Shown here piece after piece: positions 1 to 12,006 of a stretch of DNA of 53,752 nt. How positions within the stretch are numbered: position 1 is the first letter of the stretch; each line of letters begins with the position of its first letter. Under the pieces are notes generated by a model, which searched no databases, was not told where the DNA came from, and worked only from the letters and a program-made list of their open reading frames with translations. Position numbers and translations under genes: made by a program. Origin of the DNA: Candidatus Thioglobus sp. (GTDB lineage Bacteria > Pseudomonadota > Gammaproteobacteria > PS1 > Pseudothioglobaceae); the NCBI GenBank assembly GCA_012964205.1, contig DTUI01000091.1, forward strand, positions 1 through 53,752, in the 5' to 3' direction.

Positions 1-53
1 GAGAAGGTGGCCGTACAGTAGGTGCGGGCGTTGTTGCTAAAGTTACGGATTAA
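1..53 (+). CDS. tuf: Elongation factor Tu, C-terminal fragment (5'-truncated by window)
   Basis: Frame from position 3 reads EGGRTVGAGVVAKVTD*, the conserved EF-Tu C-terminus; lies upstream of tRNA-Trp-secE-nusG. Not in the ORF track. Confidence 0.95.
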   Translation, partial: EGGRTVGAGVVAKVTD

Positions 54-93
54 TTCTTAAGCTAAAAAGTTTAAGAAAAACCTAAGAAAATTT

Positions 94-118
94 GGCTCGG
101 GCATTTGTCCGAGCCTTT
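94..118 (+). terminator. Hairpin after tuf (putative terminator or processing stem)
   Basis: GGCTCGGGCA-TT-TGTCCGAGCC followed by only TTT; the U-tract is short. Confidence 0.55.
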
Positions 119-127
119 AAAGTTTAT

Positions 128-203
128 AGGCGAGTGGCTCAATTGGTAGAGTGGCGGTTTCCAAAACCGTTGGTTGGGGGTTCGAGTCCCTCCTCGCCTG
201 CCA
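128..203 (+). tRNA. trpT: tRNA-Trp (CCA)
   Basis: 76-nt cloverleaf: acceptor AGGCGAG/CTCGCCT, D-arm GCTC..GAGT, anticodon loop TT-CCA-AA, T-loop TTCGAGT, encoded 3' CCA. Confidence 0.98.
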
Positions 204-222
204 TACTAATAAAAGGTGTATT

Positions 223-594
223 TTGAGTAAAACAATTGAAAAACAAGTTAAAGAATCATCACTAGGAATGTACTTTGCAATTCTAATTGTGATTGCTTCT
301 TTTGCTGCGTTTTATTTAGACCCATTAAGCTTGATCACAACGTTATTCAAGGTTTTATTCTTGTTAACTGGGTTGGTTGTAGCTGGTCTGGTTTTTTTCA
401 AAACACCTCAAGGTAAACGTTTAGCAATATTTACAAAAGAAACTAAAATCGAATTACGCAAGGTTGTATGGCCGACGCGTGATGAAACTGTTAAAACAAC
501 AGGCATGATTATGGTAGCTGTTGTTATTGTTGCTATATTCTTGTGGATAGTGGATGCATTCTTTTCATGGATGGTCCAACTGTTAACAAATTAA
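223..594 (+). CDS. secE: Preprotein translocase subunit SecE (3-TM type)
   Basis: ELRKVVWPT motif and three hydrophobic segments. Start moved to TTG 223 (AAGG upstream) because the ORF-track start lies inside tRNA-Trp. Confidence 0.93.
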   Translation: MSKTIEKQVKESSLGMYFAILIVIASFAAFYLDPLSLITTLFKVLFLLTGLVVAGLVFFKTPQGKRLAIFTKETKIELRKVVWPTRDETVKTTGMIMVAVVIVAIFLWIVDAFFSWMVQLLTN

Positions 595-605
595 GAGAGC
601 TATAG

Positions 606-1139
606 ATGTCTAAAAGATGGTACGTACTTCATGCTAGAAGTGGTTATGAAGCAAAAGTTAAAACTGCAATCGAAGATGCTGTTGTAAGAGATGGCCTTGA
701 AGATTTAATTGCTGAAGTAATGGTTCCTACTGAACAAGTGGTAGAACTTAAAGATGGTCAAAAGAAGACAGCTGAACGTAAGTTCTTTCCTGGCTATATG
801 CTAGTAAATATGGAACTTACAGAGCCAAGCTGGTTATTGGTTAAAAACACTAATAACGTGATTGGTTTTATTGGTGGATCTTCTGGCAAACCTTCTCCAA
901 TTACTCAGCGTGAAGTTGATAAAATTATGGCCCGCGTACAAGAAGGTGCTGATAAACCTAAGCCTAAAGTGGCTTATCAACCTGGTGAAGAAATCTTGGT
1001 TATTGATGGTCCATTCAATGAATTTAATGGAACTGTTGAAGCGGTTGACTACGATAAGAGTATTCTGAAAATTGAAGTGTTAATTTTCGGACGTACGACG
1101 ACAGTAGAGCTAGAATTCTCGCAAGTAGAAAAAACTTAA
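606..1139 (+). CDS. nusG: Transcription termination/antitermination factor NusG
   Basis: KRWYV, FFPGY and KOW motif ([15 protein letters not shown]). Confidence 0.98.
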   Translation: MSKRWYVLHARSGYEAKVKTAIEDAVVRDGLEDLIAEVMVPTEQVVELKDGQKKTAERKFFPGYMLVNMELTEPSWLLVKNTNNVIGFIGGSSGKPSPITQREVDKIMARVQEGADKPKPKVAYQPGEEILVIDGPFNEFNGTVEAVDYDKSILKIEVLIFGRTTTVELEFSQVEKT

Positions 1140-1146
1140 AAAAAAT

Positions 1147-1166
1147 AGCGACACAAGTCGCTTTTT
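1147..1166 (+). terminator. Intrinsic terminator after nusG
   Basis: AGCGAC-ACAA-GTCGCT followed by a T run. Confidence 0.65.
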
Positions 1167-1169
1167 AAA

Positions 1170-1198
1170 CGGGGAGCTTAATAGGCGCATGTACCCAC
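1170..1198 (+). promoter_or_regulatory. L1-binding translational operator in the rplKA leader
   Basis: GGGGAG-CTT..AGG-CG..ACCC upstream of rplK, resembling the known L1 autoregulatory rRNA mimic. Confidence 0.75.
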
Positions 1199-1224
1199 AC
1201 GAGGTAACCCCTCAAGGAAGAAGA

Positions 1225-1653
1225 ATGGCTAAAAAAATTACATCATATATTAAGCTTCAAGTGCCTGCACAAGAAGCAAATCCTTCACCACCAGTTGGAC
1301 CTGCACTAGGTCAGCATGGTGTAAACATCATGGAGTTTTGTAAAGCATTTAATGCGAAAACTCAAGAGATTGATAAAGGTATGAAGGTACCTGTAATTAT
1401 TACAGTTTATAACGACCGTAGTTTTACATTTATTACTAAGACACCACCAGCAGCACTACTTATATTAAAAGTAACAGGTATTAAAAAAGGCTCTAGTGTT
1501 CCTCATACAGATAAAGTTGGTAGTATCACACGCGCTCAACTTGAAGAAGTGGCAGCGATCAAAATGAATGATCTTAATGCAAACGACATGGAGGCTGCTG
1601 TAACTATTATTGCTGGTACAGCTCGCTCTATGGGCATCACGGTGGAGGGTTAA
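1225..1653 (+). CDS. rplK: 50S ribosomal protein L11
   Basis: [31 protein letters not shown]; start moved to ATG 1225. Confidence 0.98.
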
Positions 1654-1657
1654 TCAC

Positions 1658-2353
1658 ATGGCTAAGTTAACAAAAAAACAAAAAGATATTGCAGCTAAAG
1701 TTGAAATCGGAAAACGATACTCAATTGAAGAAGCTTTAACATTAATCAAGGGTTGTGCAACTGCAAAGTTTGACGAATCAATTGATGTTAGTGTTAATCT
1801 AGGTGTTGATTCTAAAAAATCAGATCAAAATGTACGTGGCGCAGTTGTACTACCTAATGGTACAGGCAAGAGTGTTCGTGTTGCAGTATTTACACAAGGC
1901 GATAACGTAGCTAAAGCAGAAGCTGCTGGTGCAGACGTTGTTGGCATGGATGACTTAATGAAGTCAATGCAAGACGGCGATCTAAACTATGATGTAGTTA
2001 TCGCATCTCCAGATGCAATGGGTGTTGTTGGACGTTTAGGACAAATATTAGGCCCACGTGGTTTGATGCCTAACCCTAAAGTTGGTACAGTAACGCCAGA
2101 CGTTGCTACTGCGGTTACAAATGCTAAAGCTGGTCAAGTACGTTATCGTACTGATAAAGCTGCAATTATTCATGCAGGTGTTGGTAAAGCTTCATTTGAT
2201 GTTAAGGCATTAACTGAAAACATTACAGCATTAATGGAAGCGCTTAAAAAAGCTAAGCCAAGTTCTGCTAAAGGTATTTATTTTAAAAAATTAAGTGTTT
2301 CTTCAACAATGGGCGCTGGCGTTTCTGTTGATTTAAGCACGCTTGATATCTAA
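1658..2353 (+). CDS. rplA: 50S ribosomal protein L1
   Basis: [21 protein letters not shown]; start moved to ATG 1658. Confidence 0.98.
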   Translation: MAKLTKKQKDIAAKVEIGKRYSIEEALTLIKGCATAKFDESIDVSVNLGVDSKKSDQNVRGAVVLPNGTGKSVRVAVFTQGDNVAKAEAAGADVVGMDDLMKSMQDGDLNYDVVIASPDAMGVVGRLGQILGPRGLMPNPKVGTVTPDVATAVTNAKAGQVRYRTDKAAIIHAGVGKASFDVKALTENITALMEALKKAKPSSAKGIYFKKLSVSSTMGAGVSVDLSTLDI

Positions 2354-2401
2354 AACCATATCAAGTAACAAATTCTTTGGGTCGTAGGCTAGTCTTACGC
2401 T

Positions 2402-2481
2402 CCTCAAAGACCATAGGTGTGATTTTTCCTCCTGGAAATTTTACATAAATGACTGATAATACAGTCTGCCTATGTAGAGGG
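2402..2481 (+). ncRNA. L10 leader (cis-regulatory RNA of rplJL)
   Basis: AAGACCATAGG...CCTATGTAGAGG resembles the AAGACNGYAGG...CCTRCGYAGA pattern of the L10 leader, in the expected position. Confidence 0.8.
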
Positions 2482-2550
2482 TACGTAAGTGCTCTATGGC
2501 GAAAGTTATAATAATATAGCTTTCTTTTTTAAACTGTTCAGGAGAGGCAA

Positions 2551-3069
2551 ATGGCTCTAAATCTTGAAGCAAAAAAAGTTGTTGTCGAACAAGTAAATTC
2601 ACTAGCTAATAGTGCAATTGCTGTTGGCGTAGCTGAGTATCGTGGATTGACAGTTGGACAAATGACTATGCTTCGTTCAAGTGCTTTGGATGCTGATGTA
2701 ACTTTACGTGTTGTAAAGAATTCATTAGCTAAAATTGCATTTAACGAAACTACATGTGAGTGTGTTTTACCAGTGCTTAGCGGCCCGGTAATTCTTGGAT
2801 TTTCGCAAGAAGATCCAGGTGCAGTTGCACGTGTTTTCAATAATTTTGTAAAAGATAATGAAGACTTAGTCGTTAAAGGTTTGGGCGTTTCAGGTGAATT
2901 TGTAGAAGCAGATCAACTTAAGCGTATTGCTGACCTTCCAACTAAAGATCAAGCAATTAGTACAGTTATGGCATTAATGTTAGCACCAGTTGAGAAACTA
3001 GCTAGAACTTTAAACGAAGTTCCAACTAAAGTAACTCGCGTGGTGTCAGCAGTAGCCCAACAAAAATAA
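2551..3069 (+). CDS. rplJ: 50S ribosomal protein L10
   Basis: MALNL..EYRGLTV..VVKNSL; AGGAG Shine-Dalgarno. Confidence 0.97.
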   Translation: MALNLEAKKVVVEQVNSLANSAIAVGVAEYRGLTVGQMTMLRSSALDADVTLRVVKNSLAKIAFNETTCECVLPVLSGPVILGFSQEDPGAVARVFNNFVKDNEDLVVKGLGVSGEFVEADQLKRIADLPTKDQAISTVMALMLAPVEKLARTLNEVPTKVTRVVSAVAQQK

Positions 3070-3103
3070 ATAATCAAATAATCAAATAAAAGGAGTAAAT
3101 ATC

Positions 3104-3478
3104 ATGGCATTATCAAATGAAGATATTTTAAATGCAATTGCAGATATGTCTGTAATGGATGTTGTTGAATTAGTATCAGCAATGGAAGAGAAGTTCGGTG
3201 TAAGTGCAGCAGCAGTAGCAGCAGCACCTGCAGCAGCAGCTGAAGCTGGTGAAGCAGCAGCTGAGAAAGACGAATTTGATGTTGTAATGACATCTTTCGG
3301 TGAGAAGAAAGTTGCAGCTATTAAAGCGGTACGTGCTATCACTGGCTTAGGTCTTAAAGAAGCAAAAGATATGGTTGAATCTGTGCCTGTAGCTATTAAA
3401 GAAGGTGCATCTAAAGCTGAAGCTGAAGAAGTTCAAAAGCAGCTTGAAGAAGCTGGTGCAAGCGTAGAACTTAAATAA
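3104..3478 (+). CDS. rplL: 50S ribosomal protein L7/L12
   Basis: [10 protein letters not shown] hinge, TGLGLKEAK. Confidence 0.98.
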   Translation: MALSNEDILNAIADMSVMDVVELVSAMEEKFGVSAAAVAAAPAAAAEAGEAAAEKDEFDVVMTSFGEKKVAAIKAVRAITGLGLKEAKDMVESVPVAIKEGASKAEAEEVQKQLEEAGASVELK

Positions 3479-3496
3479 TAAGTTTAGCGTAAAAAC

Positions 3497-3527
3497 CCAA
3501 AATCCCCACTAGGGGATTTTGGTGTTT
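3497..3527 (+). terminator. rplL-rpoB attenuator/terminator hairpin
   Basis: CCAAAATCCCC-ACTA-GGGGATTTTGG followed by an interrupted U tract, at the usual position of the rpoB attenuator. Confidence 0.75.
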
Positions 3528-3644
3528 ATTGCATTTGCACTCTTTATTGAGTGCATTTCCAACCTATTTAAATTATTTAGGTTGGATTTATTTTAAGAAG
3601 AAATTTCTTCTTATTCGAATTAGAACGATTAATACGAGGTATTC

Positions 3645-6600
3645 ATGGCTTATTCATTTACGGAAAAAAAGCGAATTAGAAACAACTTTGGTTCAAGAAC
3701 ATCAATATTGAAAGAACCAGATTTATTAGCAATTCAAATAGATTCTTTTAACGGCTTCATTCAAGCTGGCAGCAAAACAAAAGAAGATATTGGTTTGCAA
3801 GCAGTGTTTCAATCTGTTTTCCCTATTACTGCAGTTAACGGCTATGCCGAAATTGAGTATGTAGATTATGAATTACAAGAGCCTAAGTTTAACGTAGAAG
3901 AATGTAAGTTACGTGGTGTAACTTTCGCTTCTACATTGCGCGTTAAACTTAACCTAGTATTGTTCGATAAAAATGGCTCTACGTTAAAGAAAAAACGTAA
4001 AGTTAAACAAATCATTGAGGAGGAGGTTTACCTAGGTCAACTTCCATTAATGACAACAACAGGTACTTTTGTAATCAATGGTACTGAGCGTGTTGTAGTT
4101 TCTCAACTTCACAGATCTCCAGGTGTTATCTTTGAACACGATAAGGGTAAAACTCACTCTTCTGGTAAGATTTTATTCTCATCACGTGTTATTCCTTACC
4201 GTGGTTCATGGTTAGATTTTGAGTTTGATCATCACGAGCATTTATTCGTTAGAATAGATCGTCGTCGTAAACTTCCGGTTACAACATTGCTTCGCGCAAT
4301 GGGATTATCAAGTGGTGAAATCTTAAATACATTCTTTGAAACATCGTCTGTTAAGATGAAAGCTAAGTCATGTGATCTTGGTATTACACCTTCTCGTTTA
4401 CGAGGCACAATTGCTGAGTTTGATATTCTGTCTGGCAAAGATGTTATTGTGGAGAAGAATCGCCGTATTACTGCTAAGCATATTAAATTACTTGACGCTG
4501 CCGGCATCAAAGTAATTAATGCACCACTTGAGTCATTAATTGATAAAGTTATTTCAGCAGATATTATTGATACCGAGACTGGTGAAATTTTAGTTGCTAC
4601 TAATACTGTTATCTCTGAAGAAGTTTTAGAAGTATTAATTGAAAATAAGATTAAAAAGTTTGATGTGCTTTACATTAACGAGTCTGAGACTGGTGCATAC
4701 ATTTCAGACACGCTACGATTGGACGATACTGAAACTGAAATTCAGGCGCGCATGAGTATTTATCATGTGATGCGTCCAGGTGAGCCAGCTACTGAAGATG
4801 CGGTTAATTTATTATTTAATAACTTATTCTTTAAAAATGAACGTTACGACTTGTCTAAAGTTGGTCGTATGAAGCTAAACCGTCGTTTAGGTATCGAGTC
4901 AGAAACAGGCGAGCATGTCCTAACAAATGACGACATCTTAAGTGTTATCAAATTATTAATTAACATAAAAGATGGTAACGATAGCGTTGACGATGTTGAT
5001 ACACTAGCTAACCGTCGTGTAAGAGCGATTGGTGAAATGATTGAGAACCAGTTTAGAATTGGTTTAGTGCGTGTTGAGAAATCAGTTAAAGAAGGTCTAA
5101 ACCTTGCAGAAACTGATGAATTAACACCTCAAGATCTAATCAATTCTAAGCCTGTATCTGCTGCTGTTAGAGAATTCTTTGGTTCTTCGCAGTTGTCCCA
5201 GTTTATGGATCAGGTAAATCCTTTATCTGGTGTAACACATAAACGTCGTATTTCTGCATTAGGTCCAGGTGGTTTGACACGTGAACGTGCAGGTTTCGAA
5301 GTTCGAGACGTACATCCATCACATTATGGTCGTTTATGCCCAATTGAAACACCAGAAGGTCCAAACATTGGTCTAATTAACACTTTGGCTGTTTATGCTA
5401 AAACTAATGAATATGGTTTCTTAGAGACACCTTATCAAATAGTTAAGAAAGGCAAGGTAACAGATGAAATTATTTATGTTTCAGCTATTGATGAGATTGC
5501 TCATACGATTGCACAAGCAAATGCAATAGTTAACGACAAAGGTCTTTTACAAGAGGATCTAATTTCATGTCGTCATAAGAATGAATTTGTATTGGTTGAT
5601 TCTAGTGAAGTAACACTAATTGATATTGATTCTAAGCAGATTTCTTCAGTTGCAGCATCACTTATTCCATTCCTAGAGCACGATGATGCCAACCGTGCAT
5701 TGATGGGTTCAAATATGCAACGTCAAGCGGTTCCAACACTTCGTGCTGAAAAGCCCTTAGTTGGAACAGGTATTGAGCGCGTAGTTGCAACGGATTCTCG
5801 TGTTTGTGTTACTGCAAAGCACGCAGGTGTAGTTGAGGCAGTTGATGCATCACGTATCGTAATTCGTGTTGACTCTAAGCAAGCTAAAGAAGGCGAGCTA
5901 GGTGTTGATATTTATAACCTAACTAAGTACGCACGTTCTAACCAAAATACTTGTATCAACCAAAAACCATTGGTAGTTGTCGGTGATAAGATTGCTGAAA
6001 ATGACGTTCTAGCTGACGGTCCATCTACAGACTTAGGTGAGTTAGCACTAGGACAAAACATGAAGATTGCATTCATGCCTTGGAATGGTTATAACTTTGA
6101 AGACTCTATTCTAATCTCAGAAAAAGTAATCAAAGATGATCGTTATACAACAATTCATATCGAAGAATTAACTGCTTATTCTCGTGATACTAAATTAGGT
6201 CCAGAGGAAATTACCGCTGATATTCCAAATGTTAGTGAATCTGCACTTGCTAAGCTGGACGAAGTTGGTGTTGTTTATGTTGGTGCTCGAGTTAAAGGTG
6301 GCGACATTCTTGTTGGTAAAGTAACACCTAAGAGTGAAACTGTATTATCTCCCGAAGAAAAACTATTACGCGCAATCTTTGGTGAGAAGGCTAACAACGT
6401 TAAAGATTCATCATTAAGAATTGGTGCGTCTAAATCAGGTGTGGTTATTGATGTTCAGGTCTTTACGCGTGATCGTGTAGAGAAAGACTCAAGAGCATTA
6501 AGCATTGACGCGGATCGTTTAGAAAAAGTTAAGAAAGATATTGACGATGAGTTTGGTATTATTGATGGTGATATTTACCGCCGTATTCGCTTGAAATTAT

Positions 6601-7727
6601 CTGGCAATGTAATTACAAAAGCTGTAGGTGACATCAAAGCAGGTGAAAAACTTAATGCTAAGTTGATGAAAAAACTTGAAAATAAAGACATTGCTAAAAT
6701 TAAAGTTGAAGATGCAGCTATTAATAAAGAAGTAGCGTCATTAGTAAAACAGGCAAAAGCTAAGCAAGTAGAATTTGATAAATTCCTTGAAGAAGAAAAA
6801 GCTAAGATTAACGAAGGTGCAGAATTACCACCAGGCGTTATGAAGATGGTTAAAGTTTATGTCGCAACACGTAAGACACTTCAAGTGGGTGATAAGATGG
6901 CTGGACGTCATGGTAACAAAGGTGTTATCTCACGTGTTTCTCCAATTGAAGATATGCCTTACCTTGAAGATGGCTCAACAGTAGATGTTGTACTTAATCC
7001 ACTAGGTGTACCTTCTCGAATGAATGTTGGTCAAGTTCTTGAAGTTCATTTAGGTTACGCAGCAAAAGGCTTAGGCTTTAAGATTGCAGCTATGCTTGAT
7101 GAAAAGCGCACTGAAATGGTTGCTGAAATAAGAGAATTCTTAGATAAAGTATATAACACATACGGTAAGCAAGAAGACTTAGCATCATTTACTGATGAAG
7201 AAATTATTGAATTAGCGAAGAATCTACGAGGCGGTGTGCCAATGGCAACACCAGTATTTGATGGTATCAAGGAAGAAGATATCAAGTCATTACTAAAGCT
7301 TGCTGATTTACCGGAGTCTGGCCAAGAGCAATTATACGATGGTCGAACAGGTGAAGCGTTTGATCGTCCAGTTACCGTTGGTTACATGCACATGTTGAAA
7401 TTGAATCACTTAGTTGATGACAAGATGCATGCGCGTTCTACAGGTCCTTACTCACTAGTAACACAACAACCATTAAGTGGTAAAGCACAATTTGGTGGTC
7501 AGAGATTTGGTGAAATGGAAGTGTGGGCATTAGAAGCTTATGGTGCTGCACACACATTACGTGAAATGTTAACAGTTAAGTCTGATGACGTTGCTGGTCG
7601 TGCGAAGATGTACAAGAGCATTGTTGATGGTAAGAATTTGACAGAGTCTGTTATGCCAGAGTCGTTTAATGTACTAATCAAAGAGATTAGATCATTAGGT
7701 ATCGACGTTGAGCTTGAGCAACACTAA
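3645..7727 (+). CDS. rpoB: RNA polymerase subunit beta
   Basis: 1360 aa; [30 protein letters not shown]. Confidence 0.99.
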   Translation: MAYSFTEKKRIRNNFGSRTSILKEPDLLAIQIDSFNGFIQAGSKTKEDIGLQAVFQSVFPITAVNGYAEIEYVDYELQEPKFNVEECKLRGVTFASTLRVKLNLVLFDKNGSTLKKKRKVKQIIEEEVYLGQLPLMTTTGTFVINGTERVVVSQLHRSPGVIFEHDKGKTHSSGKILFSSRVIPYRGSWLDFEFDHHEHLFVRIDRRRKLPVTTLLRAMGLSSGEILNTFFETSSVKMKAKSCDLGITPSRLRGTIAEFDILSGKDVIVEKNRRITAKHIKLLDAAGIKVINAPLESLIDKVISADIIDTETGEILVATNTVISEEVLEVLIENKIKKFDVLYINESETGAYISDTLRLDDTETEIQARMSIYHVMRPGEPATEDAVNLLFNNLFFKNERYDLSKVGRMKLNRRLGIESETGEHVLTNDDILSVIKLLINIKDGNDSVDDVDTLANRRVRAIGEMIENQFRIGLVRVEKSVKEGLNLAETDELTPQDLINSKPVSAAVREFFGSSQLSQFMDQVNPLSGVTHKRRISALGPGGLTRERAGFEVRDVHPSHYGRLCPIETPEGPNIGLINTLAVYAKTNEYGFLETPYQIVKKGKVTDEIIYVSAIDEIAHTIAQANAIVNDKGLLQEDLISCRHKNEFVLVDSSEVTLIDIDSKQISSVAASLIPFLEHDDANRALMGSNMQRQAVPTLRAEKPLVGTGIERVVATDSRVCVTAKHAGVVEAVDASRIVIRVDSKQAKEGELGVDIYNLTKYARSNQNTCINQKPLVVVGDKIAENDVLADGPSTDLGELALGQNMKIAFMPWNGYNFEDSILISEKVIKDDRYTTIHIEELTAYSRDTKLGPEEITADIPNVSESALAKLDEVGVVYVGARVKGGDILVGKVTPKSETVLSPEEKLLRAIFGEKANNVKDSSLRIGASKSGVVIDVQVFTRDRVEKDSRALSIDADRLEKVKKDIDDEFGIIDGDIYRRIRLKLSGNVITKAVGDIKAGEKLNAKLMKKLENKDIAKIKVEDAAINKEVASLVKQAKAKQVEFDKFLEEEKAKINEGAELPPGVMKMVKVYVATRKTLQVGDKMAGRHGNKGVISRVSPIEDMPYLEDGSTVDVVLNPLGVPSRMNVGQVLEVHLGYAAKGLGFKIAAMLDEKRTEMVAEIREFLDKVYNTYGKQEDLASFTDEEIIELAKNLRGGVPMATPVFDGIKEEDIKSLLKLADLPESGQEQLYDGRTGEAFDRPVTVGYMHMLKLNHLVDDKMHARSTGPYSLVTQQPLSGKAQFGGQRFGEMEVWALEAYGAAHTLREMLTVKSDDVAGRAKMYKSIVDGKNLTESVMPESFNVLIKEIRSLGIDVELEQH

Positions 7728-7740
7728 TTAGGAGAATACA

Positions 7741-10700
7741 GTGAAAGATTTATTAGCTATATTAAAGCAAGAAAATAAAGAGCAAGATTTTGATGCAATT
7801 AGAGTTGGTTTAGCGTCTCCTGAAAAGATTCGTTCATGGTCATATGGTGAAGTAAAGAAGCCAGAAACTATTAACTACCGTACATTTAAGCCTGAAAGAG
7901 AAGGTTTATTCTGTGCGAAAGTATTTGGTCCGATGAAAGACTTTGAGTGTTTATGTGGTAAATATAAGCGCATGAAATTTCGCAACGTAGTTTGTGAAAA
8001 GTGTGGTGTTGAGGTTACATTTTCAAAAGTTCGACGTGAACGTATGGGTCACATTGAGCTAGCAGCACCTGTTGCACATATTTGGTACTTAAAATCATTG
8101 CCATCACGCCTAGGTTTGTTGATGGACATGACTCTTAAAGACATTGAGCGTGTTTTATACTTTGAAGCATTTTTAGTTACTGATCCAGGTTCAACGCCAT
8201 TAGTATATAAGCAGTTGTTAACTGAAGAAATGTACTTTGATGCGCTTGATGAATATGGTGATGATGAGTTTGAAGCTAAAATGGGTGCAGAAGCAATCCA
8301 AGATGTTTTAGCAGAGATGCAGCTTGAAAAAGAAGCGGCAAACTTGCGTGAAGATAGCTTAAACACTAAATCACAAACAAAACTTAAGAAATACAATAAA
8401 CGTCTTAAATTAATCGATTCATTGATTAAATCTGGCAACAAACCTGAGTGGATGATCTTAAAGGTATTGCCAATTCTTCCGCCAGATTTACGTCCATTAG
8501 TGCCGTTAGATGGTGGTCGTTTTGCGACTTCTGATCTTAACGATCTATACCGTCGTGTTATTAACCGTAATAACCGTTTAGCGCGTTTATTGGAGCTTGA
8601 TGCACCAGAGATTATCGTACGTAATGAAAAGCGTATGTTGCAAGAAGCGGTTGACTCATTAATTGACAATGGTCGCCGTGGTCGTGCTGTGATGGGTAAT
8701 AACCGTCGTCCATTGAAGTCTATCTCTGACATGATCAAAGGTAAGCAAGGTCGTTTCCGTCAAAACTTGCTCGGTAAGCGTGTTGACTATTCAGGTCGTT
8801 CTGTAATCGTTTGTGGTCCATACCTTAAGTTACATCAGTGTGGTTTACCGAAGAAAATGGCGTTAGAATTATTTAAGCCATTTATCTATAATCGTCTTAT
8901 AGCTAAAGGTTTAGCTTCTACTATCAAAGCAGCGAAAAAAATGGTTGAATCTGAGTTGCCTGAAGTTTGGGATGTATTAGAGAGAGTTGTGCATCAACAT
9001 CCAGTCTTATTGAACCGTGCACCAACACTTCACCGTTTAGGTATTCAGGCGTTTGAACCATTACTAATTGAAGGTAAAGCTATTCAACTGCACCCATTAG
9101 TTTGTGGCGCATTTAACGCTGACTTCGATGGTGACCAAATGGCGGTACACGTACCGTTATCTGAAGAGGCACAATTAGAAGCAAGAACATTAATGCTTGC
9201 CTCTAATAATGTATTGCACCTTGCAAGTGGCGATCCGATCATTGTTCCATCTCAAGACGTGATCTTGGGCTTGTATTACATGACTCGTGATAAGATCAAT
9301 CAAAAAGGTGAAGGAATGGTATTTACATCGCCTTCAGAAGCATTGAACGCCTATGAAGCTGGCCATGTAACCTTGCATGCAAATATTAAGTTACGTATCC
9401 AAGATTACGTTAAAAACGAAGCAGGTAAATTCGAGCCTAGTTCTAAGCGCATTGTTGATACAACAGTTGGTCGTGCAATTTTCTCAAGAATTTTGCCTAA
9501 TGGCTTATCATTTGATTTAATCAATGAAGCTATTTCTAAAAAAGTTGTATCTAACTTAATTCACGTTTGTTACCGTACACAAGAATTAAAAGAAACAGTT
9601 ATGTTTGCTGATCAGATGATGTACATGGGTTTCCAGTACTCAACTAAATCAGGTATTTCTTTTTGTACAAATGATATGACCATTCCAGATTCTAAAGCTG
9701 GCATGATTGATGAAGCTGACTCTCAAGTGAAAGACATCCAGGAGCAATTTTCCAAGGGTGTTGTGACAGATGGTGAGCGTTATAATAAAGTGATCGATAT
9801 TTGGTCACGAACTTCAGAAAAAGTAGCAAAAGCTATGATGGATGAAATTGGTTTTGAAGATTTTGAAACCAAAGACGGAAAAACTGAAAAATTACCTTCA
9901 TTTAACTCTGTTTACATGATGGCTGATTCAGGTGCTCGTGGTTCACCAGCGCAAATGAGACAGCTTGCAGGTATGCGTGGTTTGATGGCTAAGCCAGATG
10001 GCTCAATTATTGAAACACCAATTACGTCAAACTTCCGTGAAGGTTTGAATAACATGCAATACTTTATTTCTACTCACGGTGCTCGTAAAGGTCTTGCTGA
10101 TACAGCACTTAAAACAGCTAACTCGGGTTACTTGACTCGTCGTTTAGTGGATGTTGGCCAAGATTTGGTGGTCACTGAAGAGGATTGTGGTACTGATAAC
10201 GGCATGATGATGAAAGCTGTTATTGATGGTGGTAATATTGTGCAAACATTGGGTGCCGCAGTATTAGGTCGAGTGGTTGCAGAGGATGTGTTGATTCCTG
10301 ATACTTATGATGTATTTGTACCAAAAGGTCATTTAATCACGTTAGGCAATTCGGATAAGATTAATGAGTTGGGTGTTGAATCAATCAAAGTTCGCTCTAC
10401 GATTACGTGTGATACACGCTATGGTGTTTGTGCGAGTTGTTATGGTAACGATATGGCTCGTGGACACAAGATTGGTGTTGGTGAGGCAGTTGGTGTAATT
10501 GCAGCACAATCGATTGGTGAGCCGGGTACACAGTTAACCATGCGTACTTTCCACATTGGTGGTGCAGCGTCAGCTTCAACAGCTGTTAGTAGTATTAGCG
10601 TTAATGTTGAAGGTACAGTGCATTTCGAAGACATTAAATCAATTAACAACGTTAATAATGATTTGGTTGTTATTTCTAGATCGGCAGTGGTTACAATTCG

Positions 10701-11925
10701 AAACACTAAGGGTCAAGATGTAGAGCGCTACAAGATTCCATATGGTGCAATTGTCCACGTTCAAGAAGGTGGTACAGTTAAAGCAAAACAAAAGATTGCA
10801 GATTGGGATCCGCATACGCATCCAATCATTACAGAGCAAGCTGGTCGAGTTATTTTTGTTGATTTTGAAGAAGGCATTACGGTTAATAGAAATACAGACC
10901 CATTAACAGGTTTAACATTCTTCGAGATGATCGGTGAAGCAGATAGATCTGCTGCAGCGAAAGGCTTAAAGCCAATGATTAAGATGGTTGATGAAAGTGA
11001 TTCTGAGACAGTATTATCAACGCATTATCTACCGTCAATGGTTAAGATTCATCTAGAAGATAATCAAGTGATTTCAGCAGGTGAAGTGCTTGCTAAGATT
11101 CCTAAAGACCAATCTAAGACAAGTGATATCACTGGTGGTTTGCCACGTGTTGCAGATTTATTCGAAGCACGTAAAGCAAAAGATCATTCAATTCTTGCAG
11201 AAGAAGCGGGTGTGATTAGCTTTGGTAATCCAACTAAGAGCAAAGATCGTTTGATTATTACTTCAACTGACGGTGAAGCGACTGAAATGATGATCCATAA
11301 ATGGCGTCAAATTAACGTTTTCGACGGTGAAACTGTTGTGAGGGGTGATGTGATTTCTGATGGACCGTCTAATCCGCACGATATCTTGCGTTTATTAGGT
11401 GTTGAAAAATTAGCAAACTATGTGGTTAAAGAAGTTCAAGATGTTTATCGTCTACAAGGTGTAAACATTTCAGATAAGCACATTGAAGTTATTGTTAAAC
11501 AAATGCTTCGTAAGGTTGAAGTGCTTGATGCTGGCGATTCTAGTTTTGTTAATGGTGAAACGGCTGAATACGTTAGAGTAATCGAAGCGAATAAACAGCT
11601 TGCTGCCCAAGGTAAGAGTGTAGTAACTTATCAGCGCTTACTAATGGGTATTACTAAAGCGTCATTAGCAACTGAATCGTTTATTTCTGCCGCTTCTTTC
11701 CAGGAGACTACTCGAGTATTAACTGAGGCGTCAACCACTGGTCGTGTAGATACGTTACAAGGCTTGAAAGAAAACGTGATTGTTGGTCGTTTGATTCCAG
11801 CAGGAACAGGCTTTAAGTATCATCAACAGAAGCGTGAAAAGCGTGCTGCTGAAAACATGCAAGCTGCAGATGCAGAACTTGCATTGGCAGCTGAGTTAAG
11901 TGATGCTGAGGAAGTTCAGGAGTAA
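7741..11925 (+). CDS. rpoC: RNA polymerase subunit beta'
   Basis: NADFDGDQM catalytic motif and N-terminal zinc finger; GTG start with AGGAG Shine-Dalgarno. Confidence 0.99.
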   Translation: MKDLLAILKQENKEQDFDAIRVGLASPEKIRSWSYGEVKKPETINYRTFKPEREGLFCAKVFGPMKDFECLCGKYKRMKFRNVVCEKCGVEVTFSKVRRERMGHIELAAPVAHIWYLKSLPSRLGLLMDMTLKDIERVLYFEAFLVTDPGSTPLVYKQLLTEEMYFDALDEYGDDEFEAKMGAEAIQDVLAEMQLEKEAANLREDSLNTKSQTKLKKYNKRLKLIDSLIKSGNKPEWMILKVLPILPPDLRPLVPLDGGRFATSDLNDLYRRVINRNNRLARLLELDAPEIIVRNEKRMLQEAVDSLIDNGRRGRAVMGNNRRPLKSISDMIKGKQGRFRQNLLGKRVDYSGRSVIVCGPYLKLHQCGLPKKMALELFKPFIYNRLIAKGLASTIKAAKKMVESELPEVWDVLERVVHQHPVLLNRAPTLHRLGIQAFEPLLIEGKAIQLHPLVCGAFNADFDGDQMAVHVPLSEEAQLEARTLMLASNNVLHLASGDPIIVPSQDVILGLYYMTRDKINQKGEGMVFTSPSEALNAYEAGHVTLHANIKLRIQDYVKNEAGKFEPSSKRIVDTTVGRAIFSRILPNGLSFDLINEAISKKVVSNLIHVCYRTQELKETVMFADQMMYMGFQYSTKSGISFCTNDMTIPDSKAGMIDEADSQVKDIQEQFSKGVVTDGERYNKVIDIWSRTSEKVAKAMMDEIGFEDFETKDGKTEKLPSFNSVYMMADSGARGSPAQMRQLAGMRGLMAKPDGSIIETPITSNFREGLNNMQYFISTHGARKGLADTALKTANSGYLTRRLVDVGQDLVVTEEDCGTDNGMMMKAVIDGGNIVQTLGAAVLGRVVAEDVLIPDTYDVFVPKGHLITLGNSDKINELGVESIKVRSTITCDTRYGVCASCYGNDMARGHKIGVGEAVGVIAAQSIGEPGTQLTMRTFHIGGAASASTAVSSISVNVEGTVHFEDIKSINNVNNDLVVISRSAVVTIRNTKGQDVERYKIPYGAIVHVQEGGTVKAKQKIADWDPHTHPIITEQAGRVIFVDFEEGITVNRNTDPLTGLTFFEMIGEADRSAAAKGLKPMIKMVDESDSETVLSTHYLPSMVKIHLEDNQVISAGEVLAKIPKDQSKTSDITGGLPRVADLFEARKAKDHSILAEEAGVISFGNPTKSKDRLIITSTDGEATEMMIHKWRQINVFDGETVVRGDVISDGPSNPHDILRLLGVEKLANYVVKEVQDVYRLQGVNISDKHIEVIVKQMLRKVEVLDAGDSSFVNGETAEYVRVIEANKQLAAQGKSVVTYQRLLMGITKASLATESFISAASFQETTRVLTEASTTGRVDTLQGLKENVIVGRLIPAGTGFKYHQQKREKRAAENMQAADAELALAAELSDAEEVQE

Positions 11926-11947
11926 TTCGGAGCAATCTCACAATGCT

Positions 11948-11979
11948 AAAACCGCATCAATTCATGATGCGGTTTTTTT
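11948..11979 (+). terminator. Intrinsic terminator after rpoC
   Basis: AAAACCGCATCA-ATTCA-TGATGCGG followed by T7. Confidence 0.9.
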
Positions 11980-12006
11980 ATGTCTAAAATCCGTTAAAAT
12001 GCACTT

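Noticed and set aside
151-222. N-terminal extension of SecE in the ORF track
   Set aside because: It runs through tRNA-Trp; TTG 223 is the better start.
3205-3262. GCA tandem repeats
   Set aside because: They encode the normal Ala-rich hinge of L7/L12; not a repeat element.
3529-3711. 60-aa ORF in the rplL-rpoB spacer as a leader peptide
   Set aside because: TTG start with no SD, overlaps rpoB out of frame and has no regulatory codon run.
8049-8738. 229-aa antisense ORF in rpoC
   Set aside because: Shadow frame caused by codon bias in a highly conserved gene; no motif. The same applies to the other antisense ORFs in rpoB, rplJL, the sox genes, fumarase and clpB.
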